Source of the DNA: Bacteriovoracaceae bacterium
Lineage (GTDB): Bacteria; Bdellovibrionota; Bacteriovoracia; Bacteriovoracales; Bacteriovoracaceae
Assembly (NCBI GenBank): GCA_035576105.1
Contig: DATLXA010000067.1
Coordinates: 205,082 to 269,081, forward strand
Direction: 5' to 3'
Length of the DNA stretch: 64,000 nucleotides
Within the stretch, counting starts at the first letter, position 1. Every line of letters begins with the position of its first letter. Below the pieces are notes generated by a model. The model had not been told where the DNA came from, searched no databases, and saw nothing but the letters and a program-made list of their open reading frames with translations. Positions 45,919-55,748 of this stretch are shown one piece after another. The position numbers and the translations under genes are program-made.

Positions 45919-48258
45919 TTAGGAGAAAATGAAATCCAGCTCATCGTTTTTAACATCGACGACAACTTTGCCACCGCCTTCGAGCTTACCAAAGAGGATC
46001 TCATGGGCCAGCGGCTTCTTGATTTTCTCATTTATGAGTCTGGCGATGGGCCTCGCACCGAGCTTGTCATCGTAGCCATTCTTCGACAGCCAAGATTTCG
46101 CGGCAGCGGTGACGTCCATCTCGATCTTTTTATCGACCAGCTGGTTCTCGAGTTCCATCAGGAACTTGGTCACCACCATGTCGATGTTACTGGTATCGAG
46201 CTTGTTAAAGGCGATGATGGCGTCGAGCCGGTTCCGGAACTCCGGGGTGAAATAATTCTTTATGGCCTGGTCCCGCTTTATGGAATTATTTTCCCCTCCG
46301 CGCATCGACGCCGAGAGTCCGATGGAGCCGGCCTCCATCTCCTTGGCGCCGGCGTTCGAAGTCATGATCAGGATGACGTTCCGGAAATCCGACGATCGGC
46401 CGTTGGAATCAGACAGCGAGCCGTGGTCCATCACCTGGAGCAGGATATTGAAGATGTCCGGATGGGCCTTTTCGATCTCATCCAAGAGTAAAACGGTATA
46501 AGGATTTTTATGGATGGCGTCAGTTAAGACACCTCCCTGGTCAAATCCAACGTATCCCGGAGGGGCCCCGATGAGCTTCGATACGGTGTGCTTCTCCATG
46601 TACTCGGACATATCGATCCTGACGAAGTTAATGCCCATGATATGTGCCAATTGTTTGGCGAGTTCGGTTTTCCCGACCCCGGTCGGACCGGTGAAAAGGA
46701 AGTTTGCGATGGGCTTATCCAGATGCCCGAGCCCGGACCGGGAAAGGTAGATGGCATTGGAAACTTTTTCGATCGCGGGATTTTGGCCGTAGATCATCAT
46801 CTTCAGGTCCCGTTCAAGATAGCGAAGCTTCTCTTTCTCGTTGGTGGAGATCGACTTCTGCGGGATCCGGGCGATCTTGGAGACGATGAGTTCGATGTCC
46901 TGAAGGCTAACTTCGACCCCAACCTCCATGTTTGGCTTCAGCCGGATGTAGGCACCCACTTCGTCGATGACGTCGATGGCCTTGTCAGGGAGCTTGCGAT
47001 CAGGCACGTGCTTGTTGGAGAGCTCCACCGCCGCGCGGATGACATCGGAGGAGTATTTAACCTGATGGTGTTCCTCAAACTTTGACTTGATCCCATTGAG
47101 TATTAAGACCGAGTCCTCAACGGAAGGTTCGAGGACATCAATTTTCTGGAATCTGCGGTTCAGGGCCTGGTCTTTTTCGAAGAACTTGCGGTATTCGTCG
47201 AAGGTGGTGGAACCCATACAGCGGATCAGTCCCTTGGACAAGGCCGGCTTCAGTAGGTTCGAGGCATCGAGGCTCCCTCCGGAAGTCGCACCGGCACCGA
47301 TGATGGTATGGATCTCATCAATAAAAAGAATAGAACCTTCGGTTTCGTTAGCCTTCTCCAGCGCCTGGAGCACCAGCTTGAGCCTCTCTTCGAAGTCGCC
47401 CCGGAACTTGGTTCCGGCCAGCAAGGAGGCCATGTCCAGGCTGTAGACCGTGGTCTTACTAAGGGTGCTCGGCACTTGCTTTTCGACGATGGCCTTCGCT
47501 AGACCTTCGGCGATGGCCGTCTTTCCGACGCCAGAGTCTCCGACCAACAGGGGATTGTTTTTCCTTCTCCGGCAAAGTATCTGGATAATCCGCTGGATTT
47601 CCTCTTCTCGACCGATGATCGGGTCGATCTTCCCTTCTCTTGCGAGTTGGTTAAGGTTGGTGGTGAACTCGCTCAGGGCCTTTTCGTATTTTTCTTCTTT
47701 GCGGAATGTTTCGCCGTCGGTCTCTACCGTGGGATCCTCATCGCGGGCCGTCGGCTTGTCTGTGGAGTGGGCGATTTTCTCGACGATGTCAATCCGGTTC
47801 ACACCCTGCTTCTCAAGGAAGTAGGTCGCGTGGGACTCTTTCTCGCTGAACATCGCCACCAGGAGATTGATGGCCTGGATGGATTTTTTTCCGGAGCTCT
47901 GGATGTGGATGGCCGCCCGTTGGATGACCCGCTGGAGGCTTAGAGAAATCTCCGGCTGGTAGAGGATTCCGTTCTCCCGGGCGATCTCCCGGAGCTGGTC
48001 GTTGCCGAACTGCTTCCGGTTGAGGCTCTGGATCTCTTCTTCGCTCAAGAGTGAGAAGTTCGAGTTCTCACCGATGAAGCCCGCGAGGTCCCGCTTGAGG
48101 TCACTGATGTTGGCACCGCAGTCCAGTAGGATTTCGCTCACCGTCTCGTCGTCGAGCATCGAAAGCAACACGTTCTCCATGGTGAGGAACTCGTGGCGTT
48201 TTTCATTGGCGCGTTTAATGGCTTTATTGAGTATCTGTTCTAATTTTTGGCTAATCAT
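45919..48258 (-). CDS. clpA: ATP-dependent Clp protease ATP-binding subunit ClpA
   Basis: Clp-N domain, GDSGVGKT, FIDEIH, no middle coiled coil, GPTGVGKT, LLDEIEKAHP; downstream of clpS. Confidence 0.96.
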   Translation of the reverse strand: MISQKLEQILNKAIKRANEKRHEFLTMENVLLSMLDDETVSEILLDCGANISDLKRDLAGFIGENSNFSLLSEEEIQSLNRKQFGNDQLREIARENGILYQPEISLSLQRVIQRAAIHIQSSGKKSIQAINLLVAMFSEKESHATYFLEKQGVNRIDIVEKIAHSTDKPTARDEDPTVETDGETFRKEEKYEKALSEFTTNLNQLAREGKIDPIIGREEEIQRIIQILCRRRKNNPLLVGDSGVGKTAIAEGLAKAIVEKQVPSTLSKTTVYSLDMASLLAGTKFRGDFEERLKLVLQALEKANETEGSILFIDEIHTIIGAGATSGGSLDASNLLKPALSKGLIRCMGSTTFDEYRKFFEKDQALNRRFQKIDVLEPSVEDSVLILNGIKSKFEEHHQVKYSSDVIRAAVELSNKHVPDRKLPDKAIDVIDEVGAYIRLKPNMEVGVEVSLQDIELIVSKIARIPQKSISTNEKEKLRYLERDLKMMIYGQNPAIEKVSNAIYLSRSGLGHLDKPIANFLFTGPTGVGKTELAKQLAHIMGINFVRIDMSEYMEKHTVSKLIGAPPGYVGFDQGGVLTDAIHKNPYTVLLLDEIEKAHPDIFNILLQVMDHGSLSDSNGRSSDFRNVILIMTSNAGAKEMEAGSIGLSASMRGGENNSIKRDQAIKNYFTPEFRNRLDAIIAFNKLDTSNIDMVVTKFLMELENQLVDKKIEMDVTAAAKSWLSKNGYDDKLGARPIARLINEKIKKPLAHEILFGKLEGGGKVVVDVKNDELDFIFS

Positions 48259-48335
48259 AAATATTCCCCTCTAGGTCAGTATACAAGAAGATGGAGTCGT
48301 TTGGGAAAAAGGCAAGGTGATGTAAGGATGTTTAA

Positions 48336-48656
48336 TTAAGATTCCGGTTCAGTACTGCACTTTAACGGGTGACCATTCTCTCTGGAGTATTTCATCACCT
48401 TCGCTACTTTAGATTCTGCCACTTCGTACGTGTATACGCCACAGATTCCGAAGCCCTTACTATGGACTTCGAGCATTATCGACTGTGATTCTGCGTGGTT
48501 CTTCTGGAAAAATTTCTGCAGCACAAGAACTACAAATTCCATAGTCGTATAGTCATCATTATGCATGAGGACTTTATACATACGGGGAGCCTGCAACTTT
48601 TCCTTGCGGATGGTTGCGACACCTGACTGTTCATCTTTATTGGTTTCTGAAGACAT
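48336..48656 (-). CDS. clpS: N-degron adaptor ClpS
   Basis: MYKVLMHNDDYTTMEFVV, MLEVHSKG, GVYTYEVAESK, HPLKC. Confidence 0.97.
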   Translation of the reverse strand: MSSETNKDEQSGVATIRKEKLQAPRMYKVLMHNDDYTTMEFVVLVLQKFFQKNHAESQSIMLEVHSKGFGICGVYTYEVAESKVAKVMKYSRENGHPLKCSTEPES

Positions 48657-48701
48657 ATATGTTCAACAATTGTTATATAGAGGAGGATGCACTATTAACA
48701 A

Positions 48702-49673
48702 ATGAAAGGCAATACCGTGGCCAGTGATTCGTCCCCTTTAAAGAACCGGTTGATAAAAAATCAGAAAAAATTAAAATCGTATCTCAGTCAAGGCAAGATC
48801 GAGGCTTACCGGATTTACAACAAGGACATCCCGGAGTACCCCTATCTGATAGACATCTATGGCAAGCACGCTGTGATCTACGAGCAAGGGAAGAAACTGG
48901 GTGATGAAGACCAGGGTCTGCGTGAACAACATCAAAGGGACATCGAAACGATCATCACAGAAGTCTTCGAGATTCCTCCCGGGTCCCAGCACTTCAAAAT
49001 CCGCGAAAAGCAAAAAGGCAATGACCAGTACAAATCCCTTGACCCGAAGTCTTACGAGTACTTCACCGTGAGCGAACCTCCTATGAAGTATCTTGTTAAC
49101 CTCGAGAGGTACCTGGACACCGGACTGTTTCTGGATCACAGGCCCCTCCGTCAGTATCTGATAAAAAATGCAAGTGCCAAGAAAGTGCTGAACCTATTCT
49201 GCTACACCAGTTCCCTGAGTGTGGCCGCGGCCCTCGGTGGCGGCCGGGTGACGTCAGTGGACATGTCCCGGACCTACCTGGACTGGTCGTATGAGAATTT
49301 TCTCATCAACGGCATAGACCCGAATCAGCATCAGTTCATCCAGGCCGATGTCTTAAAAGATCTGCTCCTCCGGAAAGAGAACAAGGAAACATTCGACCTC
49401 ATCCTACTGGACCCCCCGAGTTTCTCGAATTCAAAGCGGATGGAAGAAGACCTGGATATAGAACGGGATCATCCCCTACTCATCAGGGATTCAATGGTAC
49501 TGCTAGACACTGGTGGGACACTCATTTTCTCTACTAACAAGAGGAAATTTGACCTCCATCCGGTGATAGGCCAACAGTACCAGGTAAAAGAAATAAGCCA
49601 CTGGACCATACCAATGGATTTTCACCATACCGACATTCACCGGGCGTATATGATCCAAAAGAAGATTGTATAA
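48702..49673 (+). CDS. rlmK: 23S rRNA methyltransferase, stand-alone RlmK-like domain
   Basis: AYRIYNKDIPEY, LDTGLFLDHR, VLNLFCYT, SVDMSRTYLDW, LDPPSFSNSK. Confidence 0.75.
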   Translation: MKGNTVASDSSPLKNRLIKNQKKLKSYLSQGKIEAYRIYNKDIPEYPYLIDIYGKHAVIYEQGKKLGDEDQGLREQHQRDIETIITEVFEIPPGSQHFKIREKQKGNDQYKSLDPKSYEYFTVSEPPMKYLVNLERYLDTGLFLDHRPLRQYLIKNASAKKVLNLFCYTSSLSVAAALGGGRVTSVDMSRTYLDWSYENFLINGIDPNQHQFIQADVLKDLLLRKENKETFDLILLDPPSFSNSKRMEEDLDIERDHPLLIRDSMVLLDTGGTLIFSTNKRKFDLHPVIGQQYQVKEISHWTIPMDFHHTDIHRAYMIQKKIV

Positions 49674-49889
49674 GATATACTTATCTTAAATATTAGTTTT
49701 AATTATATAACATTTAATTTCACCTTCACCGTTACTTAAGGTAAGTCATCAATAGTAATAGATTAATGTTATGCGCAAACAACCCTGAATAAGTATCACC
49801 TATGTATTGACCTTCCGTACCTAAGGTTGATAGAAAAGCTCAACGAAAGTTTCTTAATGATGAGATCAGGCTTCAATCAAGGGGAAAAA

Positions 49890-50708
49890 ATGAAAAACTT
49901 CTTATTAGCTTCTATGATGATGGTATCCACAACTGTTTTTGCAGACTCATTTTCTGCAGGAGAAGTTGGCAGTTTCACGGTGACAGAAATTTCTGCTGTT
50001 GAAATGACTGAAGGTGGAGTCGATGGAACTCTGCCGACGAAGCCGGGAGATTTCCCGGGTTCAACTACTGGCACAGGAACAGTCGGAACTACCGGCACTT
50101 CCGGAATAGGTAATCCGGGGCCGATCTTTCTACCAGGTACCGGGACTGACTGGGGTTACCAACGTCCGGACAGAACCGAGCAGGTCGGAAGAGTCATCGG
50201 CGTGGCCAGAGAAGTGGTGGGTCTGGGTGAGGCCATCTACGACCTCGCGAAGAAAGGAAAACCAACCAACGTTACCGAGTTCGCGCCCATCAGCATTGTT
50301 CCGAAGAATCCAACCACCAAAGAGTACATCGATCCGTTTGACCTCGATAACTTTTCTATGCCGGTGGAGAAGAACTTCGTCGCATCGGTGAAGAACACCC
50401 GCGGGAAGGAAGTCGTGAGCTTTAAGTACAAAGTCTTCTACTCGTACGGTGGATCCTTCAACGGAACAGGAAAATACCTCACGGGTGTGATCATCGTGCC
50501 GAGTGAGATTAAGACTTCGTTTGGCTGGGACTTCAATGCTTCGATGAAGCTCACGGGCATCATGAACCACGGGACCAAAGAAAATCCGGTCGCGGGCGCC
50601 ATGATCACCGTTAAATACCAGTTTAATTCTTGGTTCAAGGCCTATGAGAGAAACGACACTGTTCACATCACCGGTAACGGCGATCTGAAGGTTCACAACG
50701 CTGAGTAA
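49890..50708 (+). CDS. Secreted hypothetical protein (Gly/Thr linker, amphipathic helix, beta domain)
   Basis: AGGGG SD, signal peptide VFA; own AT-rich upstream region and terminator. Confidence 0.8.
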   Translation: MKNFLLASMMMVSTTVFADSFSAGEVGSFTVTEISAVEMTEGGVDGTLPTKPGDFPGSTTGTGTVGTTGTSGIGNPGPIFLPGTGTDWGYQRPDRTEQVGRVIGVAREVVGLGEAIYDLAKKGKPTNVTEFAPISIVPKNPTTKEYIDPFDLDNFSMPVEKNFVASVKNTRGKEVVSFKYKVFYSYGGSFNGTGKYLTGVIIVPSEIKTSFGWDFNASMKLTGIMNHGTKENPVAGAMITVKYQFNSWFKAYERNDTVHITGNGDLKVHNAE

Positions 50709-50733
50709 TGGTTTCTTAGATCTTAGATAATCC

Positions 50734-50767
50734 AGAAGAGGCCACCCTGCGTGGCCTCTTCTTTTTT
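50734..50767 (+). terminator. Rho-independent terminator
   Basis: AGAAGAGGCCAC-cctgc-GTGGCCTCTTCT followed by T run. Confidence 0.88.
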
Positions 50768-50783
50768 GTAACCGCCGGCCTCC

Positions 50784-52073
50784 CTACTCTAACATTTCTC
50801 TGATCCGGGCAACCTGCGAAAGCTTGGTGTAGTCTTTTTTCCTGTCGTAGTAATCCGAGAGGTTCCAGAGATCGTCAAGCAGGTGTGCCTTTAAGTTTAA
50901 GTACCCCTCCCTCACATTCAGACTCCGATTCTCTAGCGCCTGGGGAAAATCAGCACGGGAGAGAGTGGCGTAATGGGCCAGGGCAGTGTCGGGACTATCC
51001 TCAACGTACTGGAGGAGAAAACCTTTCCCTACCTTCAACGCTTTTTCTTTGAGGACCAGGTGGGTTTCGTCGGTGAGCCAGCTCTTGGATCTCGTAATGG
51101 GCTGCAGCTCGGAGATGGTCAGGTCTTTATACTTTTCTTCCAGTAGCAGGGCCAGTGCAGGGGCCAGCACCTCGGCTTTTCCTTGAGTCTCCAGCGCTGA
51201 GAGCAGGAGCGCTCTTTTCTCTGTGCCGGAGGTTAGAGCTCGTTTAATTTCTTTCATCGCTAGGTTGGTGTTGAAGGCCCTGGTCGAGCGGTCGCTGGTG
51301 GACCTTGCCCACTTCACCAGGTCTCGGAGGTAGGCTGGATCGTTCTGCGACCTGTAGTCCCCCGTGCAGACTCGGCAGGAGGCTTCTTTCATCAACTGAT
51401 CAACTTCACTCACACCCATGCAGCAGTCGGCGCAGGCGTGAGCGTATTCGATGCCCTCGCCGTGTCCGTGGCCAATGGTGTGGAAGTGTTCGTGGAAGAG
51501 CGTGTTTTTCAGGTGGGCCCGGTCGAAGAAGACCATTCCCGCCGGCGGCGGCTTGACCGAAGTGTAGGAAGGGTTCATAGAGATGAAGGGATGCTTCAGG
51601 ACACCTCTAGAATCTTCTGGCCCCGTGGACGCCAGGGCCTTGCTCCCTCCATTCTTGAACCCCGGTACGTCGGAGCAAGAGACTTGCATCGATGGATATT
51701 CTTTAGCAATTGCTTCAAGTTTCGCAAGATTGATCGAAGCTCCCGTCGTAGGTTTGCCACTGGCCCCGTGGAGACCTCTGAGGCAGGCCCTCCCCTCTGA
51801 AGTAACCTCGGCCAGAACCTGCTTAAAGTCTGGAGGGAAATTTACCTCACAGGTGGGATCGACCGCATGGCCAGAGACCACTGGTTCCCAGCTCAGAAGC
51901 TTGAGCGAATCACTCTCAGCGAATTTCAGTATATCACTTTCGATGGGACTTTCCGTTTGAACACAGGGGGAGCCGAGAGCTGTGAGCGCAGAAGGAGGTG
52001 GAGCTTTTCTGAATCCAGATTCTAGAGACTGGACTGCAGTGGAAAAGGCCAGAATGAAAGCAAGAAAAACCAT
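50784..52073 (-). CDS. Secreted putative zinc metalloprotease (metzincin motif)
   Basis: Signal-like N-terminus; LFHEHFHTIGHGH = HExxHxxGxxH; multiple Cys. Confidence 0.7.
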   Translation of the reverse strand: MVFLAFILAFSTAVQSLESGFRKAPPPSALTALGSPCVQTESPIESDILKFAESDSLKLLSWEPVVSGHAVDPTCEVNFPPDFKQVLAEVTSEGRACLRGLHGASGKPTTGASINLAKLEAIAKEYPSMQVSCSDVPGFKNGGSKALASTGPEDSRGVLKHPFISMNPSYTSVKPPPAGMVFFDRAHLKNTLFHEHFHTIGHGHGEGIEYAHACADCCMGVSEVDQLMKEASCRVCTGDYRSQNDPAYLRDLVKWARSTSDRSTRAFNTNLAMKEIKRALTSGTEKRALLLSALETQGKAEVLAPALALLLEEKYKDLTISELQPITRSKSWLTDETHLVLKEKALKVGKGFLLQYVEDSPDTALAHYATLSRADFPQALENRSLNVREGYLNLKAHLLDDLWNLSDYYDRKKDYTKLSQVARIREMLE

Positions 52074-52079
52074 GACTAC

Positions 52080-52119
52080 TTATCGGCTGAAACTATAGAA
52101 ACATAGGCCCCACAGTCAA
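52080..52119 (-). promoter_or_regulatory. Overlapping sigma-70-like and sigma-28-like promoters for the metalloprotease
   Basis: TTGACT-N16-TATAGT (52119-52092) and CTATGTTT-N11-GCCGATAA (-10 at 52087-52080, 6 nt before ATG). Confidence 0.5.
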
Positions 52120-52138
52120 TAAGAAATCAATGACTTGC

Positions 52139-52564
52139 CTACTCGCAGACGATAGAGAAAGTCTTTTTCTTAGTGTGATTAGTCACCTGGTGGATGAGTT
52201 TAGATTTTTCTTTCACCAGTAAATTTTCGCTCAGATTCCAGTTCTTCCCATCGCTGCTGGAGGCTTTTCTGGTGATGACTTTCTCCCCCACACAGGTGGT
52301 GGTGGATTTAAACTCGAAAGGTGTTTTCGCATTCGGTTGCTGCCCTTTGTGTGAGCGCTCCTTCCCGTCTGCGAAGAGGATCTCCTGATGACCACCCTGG
52401 AGCTGATAAGTCACCAGGCCTTTCTCAGACTTCTGAGTGACCGTGAGCTTGTAGGGTACTCTTCCATCAGCAGGGACAGACTTGCAGCTGTTATAGATTC
52501 CTGCGAGGTTGGGACAGGCCATGAGTGATCCGGAAGCAAACGCAAGGGCCAGAAGAAGGTACAT
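52139..52564 (-). CDS. Small secreted hypothetical protein
   Basis: GGAGA SD, MYLLLALAFASGSLMA-CPNLAGIYNSC; ORF-track upstream extension is judged spurious. Confidence 0.7.
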   Translation of the reverse strand: MYLLLALAFASGSLMACPNLAGIYNSCKSVPADGRVPYKLTVTQKSEKGLVTYQLQGGHQEILFADGKERSHKGQQPNAKTPFEFKSTTTCVGEKVITRKASSSDGKNWNLSENLLVKEKSKLIHQVTNHTKKKTFSIVCE

Positions 52565-52652
52565 CGGTAGTCTCCAGTCAGAATTTCTCGCACGCTCTCG
52601 GCTCCTGCCTCCGCGTGCATATTGTCCATCCTCGGGACGAAGGCCTGGACAT

Positions 52653-52678
52653 AAAAAGGCCCGGGAAAACCCGGGCCT
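52653..52678 (-). terminator. rpsA terminator
   Basis: AGGCCCGGG-tttt-CCCGGGCCT followed by T run on the minus strand. Confidence 0.88.
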
Positions 52679-52712
52679 ACCATCCAAAAAGAGCGAGGAT
52701 GCAAAACTCAGA

Positions 52713-54470
52713 TTAAACTTTAAAGCCCTTGAGCTTGTCCGCAAGTGTCGAAGGCTTAACTTCCTCGTGCTTATAAGTAGACTTATATTCACCCGTTGTT
52801 ACTGCTTTCATAGAAAGTGCGATCTTCTTAGCTGTCTTATCGATAGAGATAACGATGGCCTTGACTTTATCGCCTTTAGTCACCTTGTCCGCCGGCTTCT
52901 CGACGCGCTCTTCAGATATTTCTGAAATGTGCACCAGGCCTTCGATGCCGGTTTCTAGTTCTACGAAGACACCGAACTCAGTGATGCGAACTGCTTCACC
53001 TTCAACCGGTGAACCAACTGGCATCCGCTCTTCGATGCGCTTCCACGGATCTTCCTCGAGTTGCTTGAGGCCGAGACAGAACTTCTGGTTCTCTTTGTCG
53101 ACGGTCACAACTGCGGCTTTGATCTTCTGTCCAACTTTGTACTCTTCAGTTGGGTTAATGTTCTTCTTCGTCCAGGAAAGGTCAGAGACGTGGATGAGCG
53201 CATCCACTTCTTCGCCGAGGTCGAGGAAGAGTCCGAAATCAACGATGGCCTTGACGGTACCTTCAACGGTCTTCCCTGAAGGGTACTTCGCGGCCAGGTC
53301 ATCCCAAGGATTCGGCATAAGCTGCTTGAGACCTAGAGAGATTCTCTTGTTATCAACGTCTACTTCAAGCACTACAGCTTCGACTTTTTCGCCGACGTTG
53401 TAAGTCTTGTTGGCAGCTTTCTTATTGGTCCAGCTCATCTCTGAAACGTGGATCAGACCTTCGATGCCGTCAGAGAGCTCAACGAAGATACCGTAGTCTT
53501 TCACAGACACTATCTCTCCGGAGACCTTCGATCCTGGCATGTACTTATCTTTGGCAGATTCCCAAGGATTCGCCTGAACTTGCTTAAGTCCAAGAGATAC
53601 GCGCTCTTTAGAAGCGTCGTACTTCAGGATCTTCACATCGACTTCGTCACCAACGTTGAGGAGGTTCGAAGGATGCTTCACGCGGCCCCAGGACATATCT
53701 GTAATGTGGAGAAGTCCGTCGACTCCACCGAGGTCGATGAACGCGCCGTAATCAGTAATGTTCTTCACAATACCTTTCACGATCATGCCTTCCTGGATCT
53801 GAGTGAGTGTCTCGTCTCTCATCTTCCCGCGCTCTTCGGCGAGGATCGCACGACGAGAGAGGACAATGTTTCCACGTTTCTTGTTGAACTTAATAACTTT
53901 GAATTCCATTGTCTTACCAATGTACTTATCAAGGTTCTTGACCGGACGGATGTCGATCTGCGATCCCGGAAGGAACGCCTTCACACCGATGTCCACGGAG
54001 AGACCACCCTTAACTTTTGCGATGACGGTTCCTTCAACAGGTTCCCCTTTCTCGCAGGCTTCGGAAATCTTATCCCAGGCCTTGAGGATCTCAGCTTTGT
54101 CTTTGGAGAGAACGAGGTTCCCCATCTGAGACTCGAGCTTCTCCAGGTAGACCTGGATCTCCTCGCCGACTTTGATCTTCATGGTTCCGTCGTAGTTCCG
54201 GAACTCCCGAGCTAGCACAAGACCTTCTTGTTTGTAGCCGATGTCGACGGTGACGAACTCGTCGTTCATCGCAACGACTGTGCCCATGAAGACTTCGCCT
54301 TCAGCGAAGTTCTTTGCGGACGCAGAGTTGATCAGATCTCCGAATTCGGTTTTGACTTTCTCCTCAACGATGTCGCCGATTTCGAATTCGAAACCTTTGA
54401 CCCATGATGGAATGTCGAAAGCTGCTGGTTTTTTAGAGACAGGTGCGGATGCGGTTTTTGTGGTGGCCAT
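52713..54470 (-). CDS. rpsA: 30S ribosomal protein S1
   Basis: Six S1 repeats (VDIGYKQEG, AFLPGSQID, YGAFIDLGGVDGLLHITDMSW...). Confidence 0.98.
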   Translation of the reverse strand: MATTKTASAPVSKKPAAFDIPSWVKGFEFEIGDIVEEKVKTEFGDLINSASAKNFAEGEVFMGTVVAMNDEFVTVDIGYKQEGLVLAREFRNYDGTMKIKVGEEIQVYLEKLESQMGNLVLSKDKAEILKAWDKISEACEKGEPVEGTVIAKVKGGLSVDIGVKAFLPGSQIDIRPVKNLDKYIGKTMEFKVIKFNKKRGNIVLSRRAILAEERGKMRDETLTQIQEGMIVKGIVKNITDYGAFIDLGGVDGLLHITDMSWGRVKHPSNLLNVGDEVDVKILKYDASKERVSLGLKQVQANPWESAKDKYMPGSKVSGEIVSVKDYGIFVELSDGIEGLIHVSEMSWTNKKAANKTYNVGEKVEAVVLEVDVDNKRISLGLKQLMPNPWDDLAAKYPSGKTVEGTVKAIVDFGLFLDLGEEVDALIHVSDLSWTKKNINPTEEYKVGQKIKAAVVTVDKENQKFCLGLKQLEEDPWKRIEERMPVGSPVEGEAVRITEFGVFVELETGIEGLVHISEISEERVEKPADKVTKGDKVKAIVISIDKTAKKIALSMKAVTTGEYKSTYKHEEVKPSTLADKLKGFKV

Positions 54471-54522
54471 TATAATAGCCCCCCTTTTTACTAGACATTA
54501 ATTCTTCTACTGAAGAGACATT

Positions 54523-54551
54523 GTTATAAATCATGCGGGGAAGAAAGGCAA
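54523..54551 (-). promoter_or_regulatory. Sigma-70 promoter of rpsA
   Basis: TTGCCT-N17-TATAAC. Confidence 0.6.
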
Positions 54552-54570
54552 AGGATTCCGAGGGCCGCAG

Positions 54571-55746
54571 CTACCCTAGCTTTTTACTTTTCTGGGTGTA
54601 CCGGAGCCGCTGAGTGTAGAGCTTCTCATAGTGCGCGTAGAGTTCTTCGGCGTACCGTTCGAAGTGGTGCTGTTCCTGCAGTTCCAGTTCAACTCCGTTG
54701 AGCTCCTCTAAGTAATTAGAATAATTGGCAAGGATCTTAATGATTTTATCTTTCAATTCCCGGCCGTCTTCCGGATGGTAGGTTTCTCCAAATTTTCCTT
54801 GTTTCACCAGATGCTGCCGGGTCGAGGTCCGCGCTAGCAGAACCGGAGTTTGTGTCACCAGAGCATAAAGGTCCTGATCAGAAAACAGCTCGGTGGTCGG
54901 GAGTCCGATGAAAATGTCACAGTCTTGAAAACTGTGGCTGGCAAGAGGTCTGGTTTCGAAGCTGATGTGCATCTCCAGGTGCCGCTCGAGGATCATGCGT
55001 TTGATCCCGTCGTAGATCGGATGGGTGTACCAGGAAATGTCAGTGAGAAAAGTGAAGATGAGTTTCTGGTTAAACCCCACCGATTTCAGGTGATGCAACA
55101 GCGGTGGGATGGCGTCCACCAGCAGCCGCAGGTTCTTCAGGTCATCCTCCGTGCGCGGGATGAAGGTCATGATCTTCTTCTTCTCCTCCGGGTGCTGAGA
55201 CCGGAGGATCTTCGCGGGGAAGTCGATCCCGGCGCCGGTGACGTGGATCTTGCGGGCGCTCACGGGAAAATTTTCTGCAGCCAGTTCTTTGATGTTCGGC
55301 GAGAAGGTGAAGATCGAATCCGTGCGGGAGATGAACCAGCGGTCGAAGAACGAGTGGTTCTTCCAGGGCAAAAACTCGTTGTAGGTAAAAACCAACGGGA
55401 CCTGGGGAAGGCTCTTCAGGATCATCCCGAGCGGCAGCAGCGAATCGAAGTTATAGGAGTGGATGATGTCGATCTGCTGCTTCAGCAGAATCTGTTGGAT
55501 CTGGAAGTAGAAATTCAGCCGGCTCTTCCAGCCGGTGAGGGCGGCCCCGAAGTAGAGCCTCGGGATGTCGTCTTTTTCGGACTCCCGGTCCACCAGAGAC
55601 TTCTCGTGGCAGAGGATGAAGGCCGTGCCGCCGATGTTGCGGAAGTAACTAGCGTCCGCGATGCAGCGTCTCTCGATGGTGGACCACTCTTCCGAAAGGC
55701 AGACATACAGCACCGTCAAATCTGATAACCTGATCTTCTCGCGCAT
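54571..55746 (-). CDS. Glycosyltransferase, GT-B/GT4-like (divergent)
   Basis: IDIIHSY, KIHVTGAGID, CDIFIGLPTTELF...TPVLL; the second Glu of the ExxxxxxxE motif is missing. Confidence 0.7.
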   Translation of the reverse strand: MREKIRLSDLTVLYVCLSEEWSTIERRCIADASYFRNIGGTAFILCHEKSLVDRESEKDDIPRLYFGAALTGWKSRLNFYFQIQQILLKQQIDIIHSYNFDSLLPLGMILKSLPQVPLVFTYNEFLPWKNHSFFDRWFISRTDSIFTFSPNIKELAAENFPVSARKIHVTGAGIDFPAKILRSQHPEEKKKIMTFIPRTEDDLKNLRLLVDAIPPLLHHLKSVGFNQKLIFTFLTDISWYTHPIYDGIKRMILERHLEMHISFETRPLASHSFQDCDIFIGLPTTELFSDQDLYALVTQTPVLLARTSTRQHLVKQGKFGETYHPEDGRELKDKIIKILANYSNYLEELNGVELELQEQHHFERYAEELYAHYEKLYTQRLRYTQKSKKLG

Positions 55747-55748
55747 GC

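Noticed and set aside
52565-52792. 76-aa N-terminal extension of the 52139-52792 ORF
   Set aside because: It overlaps the rpsA end and terminator; the SD and signal peptide support a start at 52564.
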